The notes: generated by a model not told the origin, from the letters alone. DNA of 55,670 nucleotides from an uncultured bacterium (GCA_903854195.1 CAINVO010000026.1:1-55670); one strand, 5' to 3'; shown: positions 27,235 to 37,931, numbered from the stretch's first letter. Numbers and translations: made by a program.

Positions 27235-28434
27235 TTATGTGAACAATTTTACAACATCGTGAAATGTAACTGCCAACATCAACGCTAGTAGAAGCGCAAA
27301 ACCAATAGCATTTGCAGTATTTGCAATTTTAGGTGACAACTTTGATCCTTTGATGGTTTCAATAATGATAAACAAGATACGTCCTCCATCTAGAGCTGGA
27401 AAAGGTAAAACATTTATAACAGCAAGGTTTATAGAAATAAAAGCCGTAAAAGAAACTAGATAAGCCCAACCATATTCTGAAGCCTGTCCAACCATACCGA
27501 TAATACCAACAGGACCACTAACCTCACTTAGATGTGATTTTCCAATGAATGTCTGAATTATAAAATTAAACAATCCAACAGCAGTTTCTTTTAAAATAAT
27601 GCCAGTTGTAATTGCACCGTAATAAAATGCCTTTAGTGGACTGATCTTAATGATACCTACAGTATCCATACCAATACCGATGCCATATGCCTTACCACTA
27701 ACTAAACCTGCTGCGGGAGTGATAACAATTATTTTATGATCATTTGAACTTGTCTTACTAGCAATATCAAATGCTATAGGTTTTCCTGAGCTGTTTTGAA
27801 TAAAATCTTGAATAGAAGAAACCGTTAGAGAATCGCCTGAAAGGCTTGTTGTGGCTGAAACTGGAGCAGCTGAGGCAACCGTAGCCGTCGTGGATCCTGT
27901 ACTTTTTGCAATACTTATTGAGTTAATAACATTACCAACTTTAATTTCAGATTTTTCTGCAGGAGAATCTTTTACCAAACCAGTAACAATCACTCTTGTG
28001 TTTATAACGCTTGACGAAGCAGTTCCATTTGCAAAATAAGCAGATGCAAATCCAGCAGATGTTGGCATACCAGACATGAATGAAAAAGAAATAAGCAACC
28101 ATGCAAACAAAACATTAAAAGTTACTCCGGCCAAAAGTACAGCTGTTTGAGTAATTTTACCCTTGTTGACCATACTTCTTGAACTGTCGGGTCCGGTCAA
28201 AGATTCTTCATCAGGATTTTCTCCAAATATTTTTACATATCCGCCGAAAGGAATGCAGTTTATTGCGTATACTGTTTCGCCATATTTAAAACTAAAAATA
28301 CGAGGTGGAAATCCGATAGCAAACTCATCAACTCTTATTCCCCTCCATTTAGCAACCACAAAATGTCCGAGTTCATGAACAAAAACCAAGATTGCAATGA
28401 TGATTATAAACAGAATAACGGCTAGTATAGACAT
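27235..28434 (-). CDS. rseP: RseP-like site-2 metalloprotease (M50)
   Basis: HELGH, GGYVKI, AGVTFN, NVLPFPALDGG. Confidence 0.95.
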   Translation of the reverse strand: MSILAVILFIIIIAILVFVHELGHFVVAKWRGIRVDEFAIGFPPRIFSFKYGETVYAINCIPFGGYVKIFGENPDEESLTGPDSSRSMVNKGKITQTAVLLAGVTFNVLFAWLLISFSFMSGMPTSAGFASAYFANGTASSSVINTRVIVTGLVKDSPAEKSEIKVGNVINSISIAKSTGSTTATVASAAPVSATTSLSGDSLTVSSIQDFIQNSSGKPIAFDIASKTSSNDHKIIVITPAAGLVSGKAYGIGIGMDTVGIIKISPLKAFYYGAITTGIILKETAVGLFNFIIQTFIGKSHLSEVSGPVGIIGMVGQASEYGWAYLVSFTAFISINLAVINVLPFPALDGGRILFIIIETIKGSKLSPKIANTANAIGFALLLALMLAVTFHDVVKLFT

Positions 28435-28457
28435 ATTTTAGTTTTAATTTTTATTAT

Positions 28458-29009
28458 TTATGACTGAATTTCCTTTTCTTTTTTATCAGCAGCTTCCTCT
28501 GTTTTTTTGTATCCTTCCTGAACAATTTTTTCCATTTCTGTTTTTAAACGATTGCGTTCATCTTCACTCATTTCTCCATCATGTTCCATTGTTTGAATAT
28601 CTTTCCAAACTTTTTCTCGCTCAAGACGAATAGCAACCTTTGCATCCTCCTGTTTTTCTTTCACGATTTTTACAAGCTGAGTACGTCTCTCACCAGTAAG
28701 CTCTGGAAAAATAACACGGAGACCTTTTTCATCAACAACGCACGACACACCGAGATTTGTAACGACTATCGCTTTCTCTATAGCGACAACTTGTGAAGCG
28801 TCCCAAGGTGTAATACGTATAGTACGTGCATCCTCTGTCGAAATATTTGCCAAGGATGAAATTGGCATTTTTGTGCCATAGGAATCAACCTGAACTCCAT
28901 CTAATAATGTAGGTGTTGCGCGCCCTGTTCTAACTCCTGCGAATTCCTTTACTAACCACTGTTCTGTCTCTTTTATTTTTGTTTGAAATTGTATAAATGA
29001 ATATGCCAT
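28458..29009 (-). CDS. frr: ribosome recycling factor
   Basis: VRTGRATP, ITPWD, PELTGERR. Confidence 0.96.
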   Translation of the reverse strand: MAYSFIQFQTKIKETEQWLVKEFAGVRTGRATPTLLDGVQVDSYGTKMPISSLANISTEDARTIRITPWDASQVVAIEKAIVVTNLGVSCVVDEKGLRVIFPELTGERRTQLVKIVKEKQEDAKVAIRLEREKVWKDIQTMEHDGEMSEDERNRLKTEMEKIVQEGYKKTEEAADKKEKEIQS

Positions 29010-29048
29010 ATGGGGCTATTCTAACAGATATACTCTTGTGCGGCAAAG

Positions 29049-29828
29049 CTAAAATTTTGGTGCAAATAAAGCCAGAGCCTCAAGAAGAAGCTTGGCAGAA
29101 GAAGAACGATCCTGACCGTAATCAGCTATGCGATCTATAAAAGTAAAAGCTAGTTGTTCATCTTCAGTCCACGCAGAAATTGGTTTTTGATCATAGATGT
29201 TTTTTTCAACTTCTTTGATGAAACGCCCGATATCTGATTTTTCAATTTTTTCTTTCTCTAGAGCCTTGATGATTGCCTGGACCATCACCAATCTTTCGGA
29301 CATTGAGGCTGCTAAGAAAATTTTAGTAGTCGGGAAAACAGTAACTGAAACTGATGATGATTTTTTTTCTGATTTATCTTCAGTTGGTGCAGTTGATATT
29401 GAGCCAGACGCTGAGTCTATCGTCGAATCAATAATAAAATCTGAAATTATTCTCATGCGGGACTTCACTGTAGGTAAAAGTCGTGAAGCACTATCCGTTA
29501 TTATAAAAAAATGTGTGTTTGGTGCGGGCTCCTCTAAAAGTTTGAGTAGAGCGTTTTGAGCTTCAATTGTTATAAGGGACGCGGATATGGCAAAAATACG
29601 GGGGCCTTTTGCGGAGACCGAACGAAGGGAGGCTTGGCCCACAAGAGATCTAGCTTCATCAACCCCCATGCGTTCATATGAAATAGTAGAGAAATCTGGA
29701 TTACCTTTTACAGAAACCTCCCATTCATCTTCAAGAGTTTTTAAAAGTTTAATCAAAACTTCACTTGGTTGTGAAATATGACTTTCTATTACATAAGCAT
29801 GATATTTGTCGGCGAAAAATGCTGACAT
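29049..29828 (-). CDS. holB: DNA polymerase III delta' subunit-like (short)
   Basis: HAYVI, VDEAR, EAQNALLKLLEEP, LLPTVKSR. Confidence 0.85.
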   Translation of the reverse strand: MSAFFADKYHAYVIESHISQPSEVLIKLLKTLEDEWEVSVKGNPDFSTISYERMGVDEARSLVGQASLRSVSAKGPRIFAISASLITIEAQNALLKLLEEPAPNTHFFIITDSASRLLPTVKSRMRIISDFIIDSTIDSASGSISTAPTEDKSEKKSSSVSVTVFPTTKIFLAASMSERLVMVQAIIKALEKEKIEKSDIGRFIKEVEKNIYDQKPISAWTEDEQLAFTFIDRIADYGQDRSSSAKLLLEALALFAPKF

Positions 29829-29896
29829 GTTTTATAAAAAATTTAGCTTTTATTCTTACTAATTTTATATACCAACGAACTCCTCCATTTACATCC

Positions 29897-30916
29897 TTAT
29901 CTCTTACTTATTATACTCTTCTTATATGTATCCAAATGTTCTAGTGCGACGCCTGTACCTTTTGCCACACAATATAGTGCATCATCAGCAAGCGCTGCCT
30001 TTACTCCAGTGCGACGGAAAACAAGCTCGGGAAGATTACGAAGCTGTGAAGATCCACCAGTCATCATTATACCGTGATCAATAATATCTGAAGCAAGTTC
30101 TGGTGGAGTCTCTTGTAAAACATCCTTGATGGCTTTTATCATTTCACGAAGTTCCTTTGCAATAGATTTCACAACTTCATTTGTTTTAATTTCCACAGCG
30201 CGTGGAAGACCTGTCAAAAAATCTCTTCCTTTTATAGTCATTGAAAGTTCATCAACACCTTCAAGCGGAACAGCTGATCCAATTTTTATTTTTATATCCT
30301 CAGCTGTCTTGTCGCCAATAGCTAGGTTGTATGTTTTTTTAATATATTCTGCGATAGCTTGATCGATACGGTTGCCGGCACATTTTACAGAAGTAGAGGC
30401 CACAATTCCTCCAAGAGAAATCACTGCTACGTCTGTAGTACCGCCTCCGATGTCCACTATCATATGACCAATCGCCTCTTGAATAGAAATACCTGCTCCT
30501 ATAGCAGCAAGAATTGGTTCCTTCACCACATATGCATTTTTTGCCCCAGCTTTTACTGCCGCTTCAATCACTGCGCGTCTTTCTGTTGATGTTACTCCAG
30601 CTGGCACTGAGACCATAACCTCAGGTTTAAAAAAATGCCAACGTCCAAGCGCTTTGTTTATATAGTATCGAAGCATTGCTTCAGTTACTCGATAGTCTGC
30701 AATCACACCATCCTTCATTGGACGATATGCAATGATGCTATCTGGTGTTTTTCCGATCATGTCTTTTGCTTCAAGACCTACTGCCAAAATTTTATTATCA
30801 ATCTCAGAAACAGCCACAACTGATGGCTCATTTAATACGATTCCCCTTCCTGGCAAAAAAACGAGAGTGTTTGCAGTACCGAGGTCAATTCCGAGTTTTT
30901 TAGTGAAAAATGCCAT
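29897..30916 (-). CDS. mreB: second MreB/Mbl paralog
   Basis: GIDLGTANT, KEPILAA, DIGGGT, GGSSQL. Confidence 0.95.
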   Translation of the reverse strand: MAFFTKKLGIDLGTANTLVFLPGRGIVLNEPSVVAVSEIDNKILAVGLEAKDMIGKTPDSIIAYRPMKDGVIADYRVTEAMLRYYINKALGRWHFFKPEVMVSVPAGVTSTERRAVIEAAVKAGAKNAYVVKEPILAAIGAGISIQEAIGHMIVDIGGGTTDVAVISLGGIVASTSVKCAGNRIDQAIAEYIKKTYNLAIGDKTAEDIKIKIGSAVPLEGVDELSMTIKGRDFLTGLPRAVEIKTNEVVKSIAKELREMIKAIKDVLQETPPELASDIIDHGIMMTGGSSQLRNLPELVFRRTGVKAALADDALYCVAKGTGVALEHLDTYKKSIISKR

Positions 30917-31015
30917 TGCTTCTAAATATTACCTCGGTTGTGGGTAAATGCCAAATATTAATAAACTGGACAATAAATTTGTCCAAACCCCCATTTTCAT
31001 GCGAATATATAGGTA

Positions 31016-33193
31016 ATGTTTATTATTACGGTCATCCCTATCACTAAAGGTATTTTTAAAGATACCCTTTCCTATTTTAGCGGACAGGCCCTTGAAAAAG
31101 GATCTCTTATAAATGTACCGATGCGGAACAGAAATGTTCCAGCTCTTGTCGTAGAATGTCTTGATGCTGAAGCTATGAAATCTGATATAAAATCCCTAAC
31201 TTTTACAACCAAAAAAATTGGAAAGACAACATCACAAAAAATACTCCTTCCTGCTTTCTTACACTCTGCTGAACTTACTGCTGAATATTATGTATCTCCA
31301 CGTGGAGCTGTACTTAACCGCCTAATTCCAACATCAGTTTTGTCTACACTAGGTGAGACAAAGAAAACAAAGACTAAAAAAATAAAAGTTGAGGTTGAAA
31401 ATAAAACTGAAGATGAAAACAAAAACGAAACTATAAATAATGAAAAGATTTCTGAAGAAAAAAAAGAGTTACGGTCTGCACCAGAAAAAAATATTATACA
31501 GATGAGTGACGAAGACAGACTTGGAACATACAAAAGCTTAGTGCGAGAAAATTTTGCAAGAAAAAATTCTGTGATGATTGTTTTACCAACAACAGAAGAA
31601 ACCAAACAAATGCACGAGCTGTTAAAAAAAGGCATTGAACATCGTATACACATACTCCACAGCAATCTCACCACCAAAGTTCAAGGTGAACAATGGAATG
31701 AAATTATGGAAAGTGAATTGCCAGTTTTAATTGTCACAACCGCACTATTTGTGGGTATTCCTCGTGAGGATATTAAAACAATTATTATCGAACATGAATC
31801 ATCACGAGCATACAAACCATCATTTCCACCTTTCATTGATCTACGCTTTTTTATTGAGAAGTATGCAGTAGCTCGTGGAGCACGACTTATAATGGGTGAT
31901 GTTTTGTTGCGTATTGAAACACTTGTACGCCATTCTACGGGTGAGCTTATAGAACTATTCCCATTAAAATTTCGTTTACAAAACGGGGTAGAAAAAATAC
32001 TTGTTGATATGAAAAAGGCCGAGGGTGAGTTTGAGAGTGGTGGCGGTGATGGAACAAGAATAGTTGAAGGAGAAAAAGGATTACCAACAGTTATAATGCC
32101 GACAGGTAGTCCAAGAGATGAAAAGAATAAGAAAAAATTTAGAATCCTAAGTGAAGAGCTTGAGTCTATGATTGAGTATGCTTTGCAAAAAAAACAAGGA
32201 ATATTTTTATATTGCCAAAGACGAGGCCTTGCGCCATCTGTGATTTGCGGAGATTGCAGTACCACAGTTTTATGTAAAAATTGCACTGCACCAGTCGTAC
32301 TCCACACCAACACAAAAAAAGAAAGATTTTTTATGTGCCATCATTGTGGAGATAGGCGTAGCGCTGAGGAACATTGTGCCAATTGCGACAGTTGGAAACT
32401 CACATCTCTGGGTATCGGTATCGATACTATTTCTGATGCGGTCAAAAAAATGATTCCTATTAAAAAACTTGGAGACAATGCTCCTATTTTTCAAATGGAC
32501 AGAGATACAATAACCACCGAAAAACAAGCACTGACCACTATCAAAAAATTTACTGAATCAATACCAGAAACTGGCGCGATACTCATAGGCACAGAAATGG
32601 CTCTAGCTTATTTACCAGAAACAGAAAATGTTGCAGTGGTATCACTTGACTCACTTTTTGCATTACCAGATTTTCGCATCAACGAACGAGTGATGCACAC
32701 GCTCATTACTTTACTTACAAAAGCAAAAAAATATTTCTTAGTACAAAGTAGACTTATTGAACAACCAGTTCTAGAACAAGCAATCCAAGGAAATCTCTCA
32801 GATTTTTTTAATCGTGAAAAAGATGTAAGAAGACAAATTGGATACCCTCCATATTCCCTATTTATAAAAATTACTCTCGATGGACCGCGCGAACAAATTA
32901 ACGATCAAATGAATCTACTAAAGGAAAAAATTATTGCATTAAACAACGAAGCAAAAGGTGACGCAGAGGCCGAAGAAAATCATCATGTAACCGGCCCTGC
33001 AACAAACAAGAAAGAAACAAAACTTGAACCATACGTCTTCCCAGCCTTCATTTCCACAATCAAAGGTAATCAAAGACTTCACATGTTGCTTAGAATTCCG
33101 ACAGATAAATGGCCACACCAGAAACTCCTAGATATATTGTCCTGCCTGCCACCCCAATTTATCATCAAAATTGACCCTGAAAGTTTACTTTAA
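31016..33193 (+). CDS. priA: primosomal protein N'-like (PriA), helicase motifs degenerate
   Basis: QRRGLAP, CGDC..CKNC..CHHC..CANC zinc motifs, LFALPDFRINE, GYPPY; no GxxGxGKT. Confidence 0.88.
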   Translation: MFIITVIPITKGIFKDTLSYFSGQALEKGSLINVPMRNRNVPALVVECLDAEAMKSDIKSLTFTTKKIGKTTSQKILLPAFLHSAELTAEYYVSPRGAVLNRLIPTSVLSTLGETKKTKTKKIKVEVENKTEDENKNETINNEKISEEKKELRSAPEKNIIQMSDEDRLGTYKSLVRENFARKNSVMIVLPTTEETKQMHELLKKGIEHRIHILHSNLTTKVQGEQWNEIMESELPVLIVTTALFVGIPREDIKTIIIEHESSRAYKPSFPPFIDLRFFIEKYAVARGARLIMGDVLLRIETLVRHSTGELIELFPLKFRLQNGVEKILVDMKKAEGEFESGGGDGTRIVEGEKGLPTVIMPTGSPRDEKNKKKFRILSEELESMIEYALQKKQGIFLYCQRRGLAPSVICGDCSTTVLCKNCTAPVVLHTNTKKERFFMCHHCGDRRSAEEHCANCDSWKLTSLGIGIDTISDAVKKMIPIKKLGDNAPIFQMDRDTITTEKQALTTIKKFTESIPETGAILIGTEMALAYLPETENVAVVSLDSLFALPDFRINERVMHTLITLLTKAKKYFLVQSRLIEQPVLEQAIQGNLSDFFNREKDVRRQIGYPPYSLFIKITLDGPREQINDQMNLLKEKIIALNNEAKGDAEAEENHHVTGPATNKKETKLEPYVFPAFISTIKGNQRLHMLLRIPTDKWPHQKLLDILSCLPPQFIIKIDPESLL

Positions 33194-33250
33194 AATACAA
33201 AAAAAACCTTTCCATTTGCTTTCGTGCGCGCTCTGATATAATTTATAAAC

Positions 33251-33772
33251 ATGAACAAGTCCCCAAGAGATATCGAAATAGTCCAAGACGGCCACCCAGT
33301 ACTTCGGGAGGTGGCCTCTTCTGTGCCTATTGAAAAAATTAAGGACCTCAAAATTCAAAGGGTTGTTGAAAGAATGAAAGCTGCTCTAGACTCTCAGGAT
33401 GATGGTGTAGCTATAGCGGCCCCACAAATTGGAGAATCCCTACGTATTTTTGTTGTGTCAGAAAAGGCTGTTGGAGGTAAAGGGCATGATGTATATATCA
33501 ACCCAGAAATCACAAAAATATCTAAAGACAGAAAAGCTCTAGAAGAAGGTTGTTTATCTGTACGCTGGCTATATGGCAAAACAAAGCGAGCATCAAGAGT
33601 ATCAATCAGAGCCTACAATCAAAACGGTGAGCTGTTTGAAAAAAATGGCGTTGGACTTTTGGCACAGATTTTTCAGCATGAAACAGATCATCTAGACGGG
33701 ATACTCTTCATAGACCATGCTTCAAACATTCACTCTATGCCTGACGATGAAATTCCTGATAGTTCAAAATAA
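33251..33772 (+). CDS. def: peptide deformylase
   Basis: GVAIAAPQ, EGCLS, QHETDH. Confidence 0.96.
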   Translation: MNKSPRDIEIVQDGHPVLREVASSVPIEKIKDLKIQRVVERMKAALDSQDDGVAIAAPQIGESLRIFVVSEKAVGGKGHDVYINPEITKISKDRKALEEGCLSVRWLYGKTKRASRVSIRAYNQNGELFEKNGVGLLAQIFQHETDHLDGILFIDHASNIHSMPDDEIPDSSK

Positions 33773-33777
33773 AAAAA

Positions 33778-34665
33778 ATGATAAAAAATAAAACACTTTT
33801 TTTCGGTACGTCTGAATTTTCTGTAGATGTTTTAAAAACCATGATCGAAAATGGTGTGAGGCCTTTGACTATAGTCACTCAGCCCGACAAACCAAAAGGA
33901 AGAAAAATGCTCCTCACACCACCCCCCATCAAGACATGGGCACTCGAAAATGGATACACTGAAAGCCAGATACTTCAACCCATAAAACTTGATGCGGATT
34001 TTACTGAAAAATTAAAAAATAATCCTGGCGATATTGAACTTTATATTTTAGCTTCATATGGAAAAATTATTCCTAAAGCTGTCCTTGATATTCCAAAATA
34101 TGGAACACTAAATATTCACCCTTCACTTCTTCCAAAATACAGAGGATCTTCCCCACTCCAGCAAACAATTCTGAACGACGACAGACACACAGGAGTAACA
34201 GTAATGCTCATGGATGAACTTATGGACCATGGACCAATAGTTGCTGTTAAAAATATTGACGATAGTGAATTATTCTGGCCACCCTCAGTTTCAGATTTCT
34301 CAAAAATGATGGCAGAAGTTGGGGCTAATCTTCTTGTTGGAATTTTACAGGACTGGGTAGATGGTAAAATATCTGCAGCACCACAGAACCATGATGAAGC
34401 CACATTTACAAAAAAAATTTCCAAGTCAGATGGTGAAATAAAATTCTCCGAAGATCCCTATAAAAACTTTCTTAAAATCAAAGCATTCGAAGGATGGCCT
34501 GGAACTTACTTTTTTGCATCACATACCAAATCATCTCCGAACAAAATACGAATCATCATCAAAAAAGCATCATTTATTAATGGAGATTTAATTATAGAAA
34601 AAATCATCCCTGAAGGAAAAAAAGAAATTGACTTTAAACCTGAAGATTGGAATACCGACCTTTAA
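33778..34665 (+). CDS. fmt: methionyl-tRNA formyltransferase
   Basis: FFGTSEFS, NIHPSLLPKYRGSSP, MDHGPI. Confidence 0.96.
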   Translation: MIKNKTLFFGTSEFSVDVLKTMIENGVRPLTIVTQPDKPKGRKMLLTPPPIKTWALENGYTESQILQPIKLDADFTEKLKNNPGDIELYILASYGKIIPKAVLDIPKYGTLNIHPSLLPKYRGSSPLQQTILNDDRHTGVTVMLMDELMDHGPIVAVKNIDDSELFWPPSVSDFSKMMAEVGANLLVGILQDWVDGKISAAPQNHDEATFTKKISKSDGEIKFSEDPYKNFLKIKAFEGWPGTYFFASHTKSSPNKIRIIIKKASFINGDLIIEKIIPEGKKEIDFKPEDWNTDL

Positions 34666-34674
34666 GTTCTGTTT

Positions 34675-34860
34675 TTATTTATTCTTATTATCAACATCAG
34701 ATAGGTTTGCACTAGCCGTGCTCGTGGTGTGGTTCATAGCTATAAATTTATTTATAACTTTATACCCAATCAAAAATAGAAAAACAAAACAAAGTATAAC
34801 AATGTACATTACTACACTGTTAAACTTAGTAAATCTTGAACTCAGATTGGGTTTTGACAT
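34675..34860 (-). CDS. small single-TM protein
   Basis: 61 aa, co-oriented downstream of hpf. Confidence 0.55.
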   Translation of the reverse strand: MSKPNLSSRFTKFNSVVMYIVILCFVFLFLIGYKVINKFIAMNHTTSTASANLSDVDNKNK

Positions 34861-34890
34861 TTTATTTAACCTATAGAAATTATTTGCAGA

Positions 34891-35292
34891 TTATAAATCT
34901 GTATTTTCTCCCTTACCCTTTTTGGCACCATTCCAAAAACCTTTCATTAAATTCTTAAGCTTTTGACTTCCTCTACGAATAAAGTGCTGCTGCTTTTCTT
35001 TTTTTGAGCGAAGCTCTGCAAGTATTGAATCTTTAACTTCATCAATAGCAGAGTAAAGATCTTCACGCTCAGCTACAGCTCGAGCATCCTTATGTGCACC
35101 AGAGACATTAATTTCTACACGAAAAATATCACCAGATCGGTGATGATTACTACTTTTACCCAACTCAACGCGGACAATAACACTTTCATCATTGGGATCA
35201 ATGAACTTATTTAAAGACTCAAGCTTTTTTTCTACATACTCCGAGATGGAAGGGGTCATCTCAAAGTTGGTTGATTTTGTTATTGTTTTCAT
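34891..35292 (-). CDS. hpf: ribosome hibernation factor HPF/RaiA
   Basis: EMTPSISEYVEKKL, EDLYSAIDEV. Confidence 0.92.
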   Translation of the reverse strand: MKTITKSTNFEMTPSISEYVEKKLESLNKFIDPNDESVIVRVELGKSSNHHRSGDIFRVEINVSGAHKDARAVAEREDLYSAIDEVKDSILAELRSKKEKQQHFIRRGSQKLKNLMKGFWNGAKKGKGENTDL

Positions 35293-35346
35293 ATTTCTAT
35301 TATACCACCCTATTTGGAGGGTACAATCTATACCACCCTATTAAAA

Positions 35347-35604
35347 TTACTCGGGTTGTTCAATACGGAAAATCTTACTTGGAGATTGATGACCACTTGT
35401 CAGGTTTATAATGAGACGTGACACGGGTTGACCTAATCTATCTGAAAAATCCTTTATAAAATAAGCCCTTACTATTTCAACAACGCGCTTGTTTGCTTCA
35501 TTCCGCTCTGCGGGCTCACAAACATAGGCCTCAAAATAGCCTTTTTTTATTTCTATAAATTTCTCCTTACCTGCCCCCGCATAAACATGGACGTGGATAT
35601 ACAT
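35347..35604 (-). CDS. DUF167/YggU-family protein
   Basis: YIHVHVYAGAGKE, EPAERNEANKRV, GHQSPSK. Confidence 0.85.
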   Translation of the reverse strand: MYIHVHVYAGAGKEKFIEIKKGYFEAYVCEPAERNEANKRVVEIVRAYFIKDFSDRLGQPVSRLIINLTSGHQSPSKIFRIEQPE

Positions 35605-35775
35605 ATATAGATTATACAATATGGGTTAAATTGTGCAGATTGTTTCCAGTTGTTATTGATTATTACAGATTGTTGCCGAATAGACTTGTTTTTGTTATTA
35701 TGGCTTTCGTTCCTAGGTATTAATCTAGATACTGATAAGGTATCAAAAGGGTTATCTCGGAACAAACAGAAACAT

Positions 35776-35847
35776 TCCCCTGTAGCTCAGCGGTAGAGCA
35801 ATCGACTGTTAATCGATTGGTCGCAGGTTCGATCCCTGCCGGGGGAG
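35776..35847 (+). tRNA. tRNA-Asn(GTT)
   Basis: TCCCCTG/CGGGGGA acceptor, ATCGA-CTGTTAA-TCGAT anticodon arm, GCAGG-TTCGATC-CCTGC T arm; CCA not encoded. Confidence 0.96.
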
Positions 35848-35927
35848 CAAAATTGCTAACTATATTTCTTAATAGTTATTTTTAATACCCAAGTGGAACA
35901 TAAAATCTATGATATAATTTTTATATT

Positions 35928-36209
35928 ATGGAAAATAAAAAAACTAACAACAAACTATCTTTAGTCGGTTTTATCGTTTCGATTGTTGGAGTTGTATTTT
36001 TTTTCTCTTCACCATTTCAAGTTCACCCGGACCTTTCATTAGGAATAACTATTAGTATTCTAGGAGGTCTAATAGGTCTTATAGCTTTAGTTCAAATTGA
36101 CAAAAATAAAGAAACACAGAAAGGTCGTGTTTATTCTATTATGTCACTGATTTTTCCAATATTAATCTTTATGTTGTTTCTACTTGCACTTTCAGGTATT
36201 TTTGGATAA
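35928..36209 (+). CDS. three-TM DUF4190-like protein
   Basis: GLIALVQIDKNKETQKGRVYSI between TM segments. Confidence 0.7.
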   Translation: MENKKTNNKLSLVGFIVSIVGVVFFFSSPFQVHPDLSLGITISILGGLIGLIALVQIDKNKETQKGRVYSIMSLIFPILIFMLFLLALSGIFG

Positions 36210-36255
36210 TTTTATAGCAAACTATATCTCCTCTAACTTTAGAGTAAATTAATTT

Positions 36256-36462
36256 ATGCAAAAAATCTCAACTCGAGTCTTCACATACACATCAATTGCT
36301 TTCGGCATTATTGGTTTACTTATTGTTTTTACAAGTTCAGGGCCTGACCATATGGACACATTGTGGGACAAGATACTCGCCAAGCTTTTATTCACTTGCG
36401 TCTTCATTATACTCCCGTCTTTTGCTCTCAGTATTGCGAGTAAGTATTTGAAAGAAAAATAA
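36256..36462 (+). CDS. small two-TM protein
   Basis: 68 aa, hydrophobic. Confidence 0.65.
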   Translation: MQKISTRVFTYTSIAFGIIGLLIVFTSSGPDHMDTLWDKILAKLLFTCVFIILPSFALSIASKYLKEK

Positions 36463-36617
36463 TCTCGGCTGGTTTTATTTACTAAACTCTTCAATTATTG
36501 CGTTTCTAACATCATCACACTTGCTGAGCTTAATTTGACACACTAATTTTAGAGTGTTAATTTGTTTTCAGACAACACAACCCGCTGTGGAAACAGCACA
36601 TTAAAAAGGAACATTGA

Positions 36618-37241
36618 ATGAATAGTCTATTGAACCCAGAAGTATTAATCGCCTTTATCGGCGGTCAAATTGAAATTCAAAACGAAGGAGAAGGATACAT
36701 TCTCCGAGGACAAATCAAAGCCGCGGAAGTTACAAGTCGTAACGATTTCAGAGTCACCCTCGACTGGATGGCGGAAGGTAAAGGTTTTCCACCTCAAGGC
36801 TGGAACACCATTAAGATGCGCCGATACGAAGCGAGTTTGGAGATTTACTCCGTTAGTAACATCGGCCCAAGTCCCCAGGGTGGAGATGATCGTCTCTGCC
36901 TAAACTCGAGTGTCACCGGTGAACTCGTAGTTCTCTTCCCCGCCAATGGAAGCAAGCTCGACACGTCTAAAGTGGAGGGTTTTGTTCTTCCAAAAACAAA
37001 GGAGGAAGTTGAAGCAATTCTTGAAAAAGGAATTGACGGCAAAAAAATAACCATCTACGGTGAAAACCCTGGTGGCTGTGACAGTGTCCGTTATTACTTC
37101 AAACTTTCAGACTCATCCGAGCGTCTGCCAGACGAAGTATTTTCGAAACTCGCCGTCGACAACGGTTTCTCGGAAGGCTGGGAACTAATCAATCTTGCTG
37201 AAGGTTACCAGCTCGTCCGAGGAGCATACTCAAACGACTAA
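36618..37241 (+). CDS. hypothetical protein
   Basis: 207 aa; RBS AAGGA, TTGACA promoter at 36535. Confidence 0.8.
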   Translation: MNSLLNPEVLIAFIGGQIEIQNEGEGYILRGQIKAAEVTSRNDFRVTLDWMAEGKGFPPQGWNTIKMRRYEASLEIYSVSNIGPSPQGGDDRLCLNSSVTGELVVLFPANGSKLDTSKVEGFVLPKTKEEVEAILEKGIDGKKITIYGENPGGCDSVRYYFKLSDSSERLPDEVFSKLAVDNGFSEGWELINLAEGYQLVRGAYSND

Positions 37242-37505
37242 ATAAGATGAATCTCTACTGGTATGACGACTACCAAGCTAAAGCTAAATTGTCGGATGAC
37301 CATCAGAAAATCTGATGGTCTTTATTTTTTATATAACTGTTTTCTTCAATTATTAACATTCGAACTTTGCGCTCAACAAGGAATAACTTTCAAAAATAGA
37401 AAGAAGTTGTATGATTCACAATTACGACAATTTTGACAAACCACTATTTATCTGACATTATTGTGAACAGAGGTTATTTCAACCATCAAAAAAAGGAAAT
37501 TCCAG

Positions 37506-37931
37506 ATGATAGCAGCTGAACAATCATGTTTTACATGCAAAGAACCTGGCTGCGGTCAGGTTGTGAGCATCGAAAGCGAATTTGCAGTCCCAGTGCAAAC
37601 TGGGTGTACTTCCATGTCCACAGCATTTCGGTGCCCTGGGTGTGGCCGTCTTTATTGGGGTGATTTGGACGAGAACAGAGGTGAACCAATCATGAACCGT
37701 CGGTTTGAGAAAGCCTTTATCGATGGCAACACCATCGTAAACAAACCTTTCTCTGCCGAAGAAAAAGATGAACTCATCAAGGGTTACATTCAAGATAGCC
37801 AAGTGGAGAGTTTGATCTTCTTGGCCAAATCTGAACATTCCCCAGATTGCACCACCGTGAGCGACAAAAATTCAGTTTGCTCATGTGGCGTCAATAACGC
37901 ACAAAAATTCATCGATGAACATAAGGGCTAA
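37506..37931 (+). CDS. putative Zn-binding protein
   Basis: CKEPGC, CPGC, H-x3-C-x9-C-x-C; terminator at 37958-37994. Confidence 0.75.
   Translation: MIAAEQSCFTCKEPGCGQVVSIESEFAVPVQTGCTSMSTAFRCPGCGRLYWGDLDENRGEPIMNRRFEKAFIDGNTIVNKPFSAEEKDELIKGYIQDSQVESLIFLAKSEHSPDCTTVSDKNSVCSCGVNNAQKFIDEHKG

Noticed and set aside
37247-37315. 22-codon ORF MNLYWYDDYQAKAK... faintly like a MazG N-terminus
   Set aside because: Too short, runs into a terminator hairpin; not supportable
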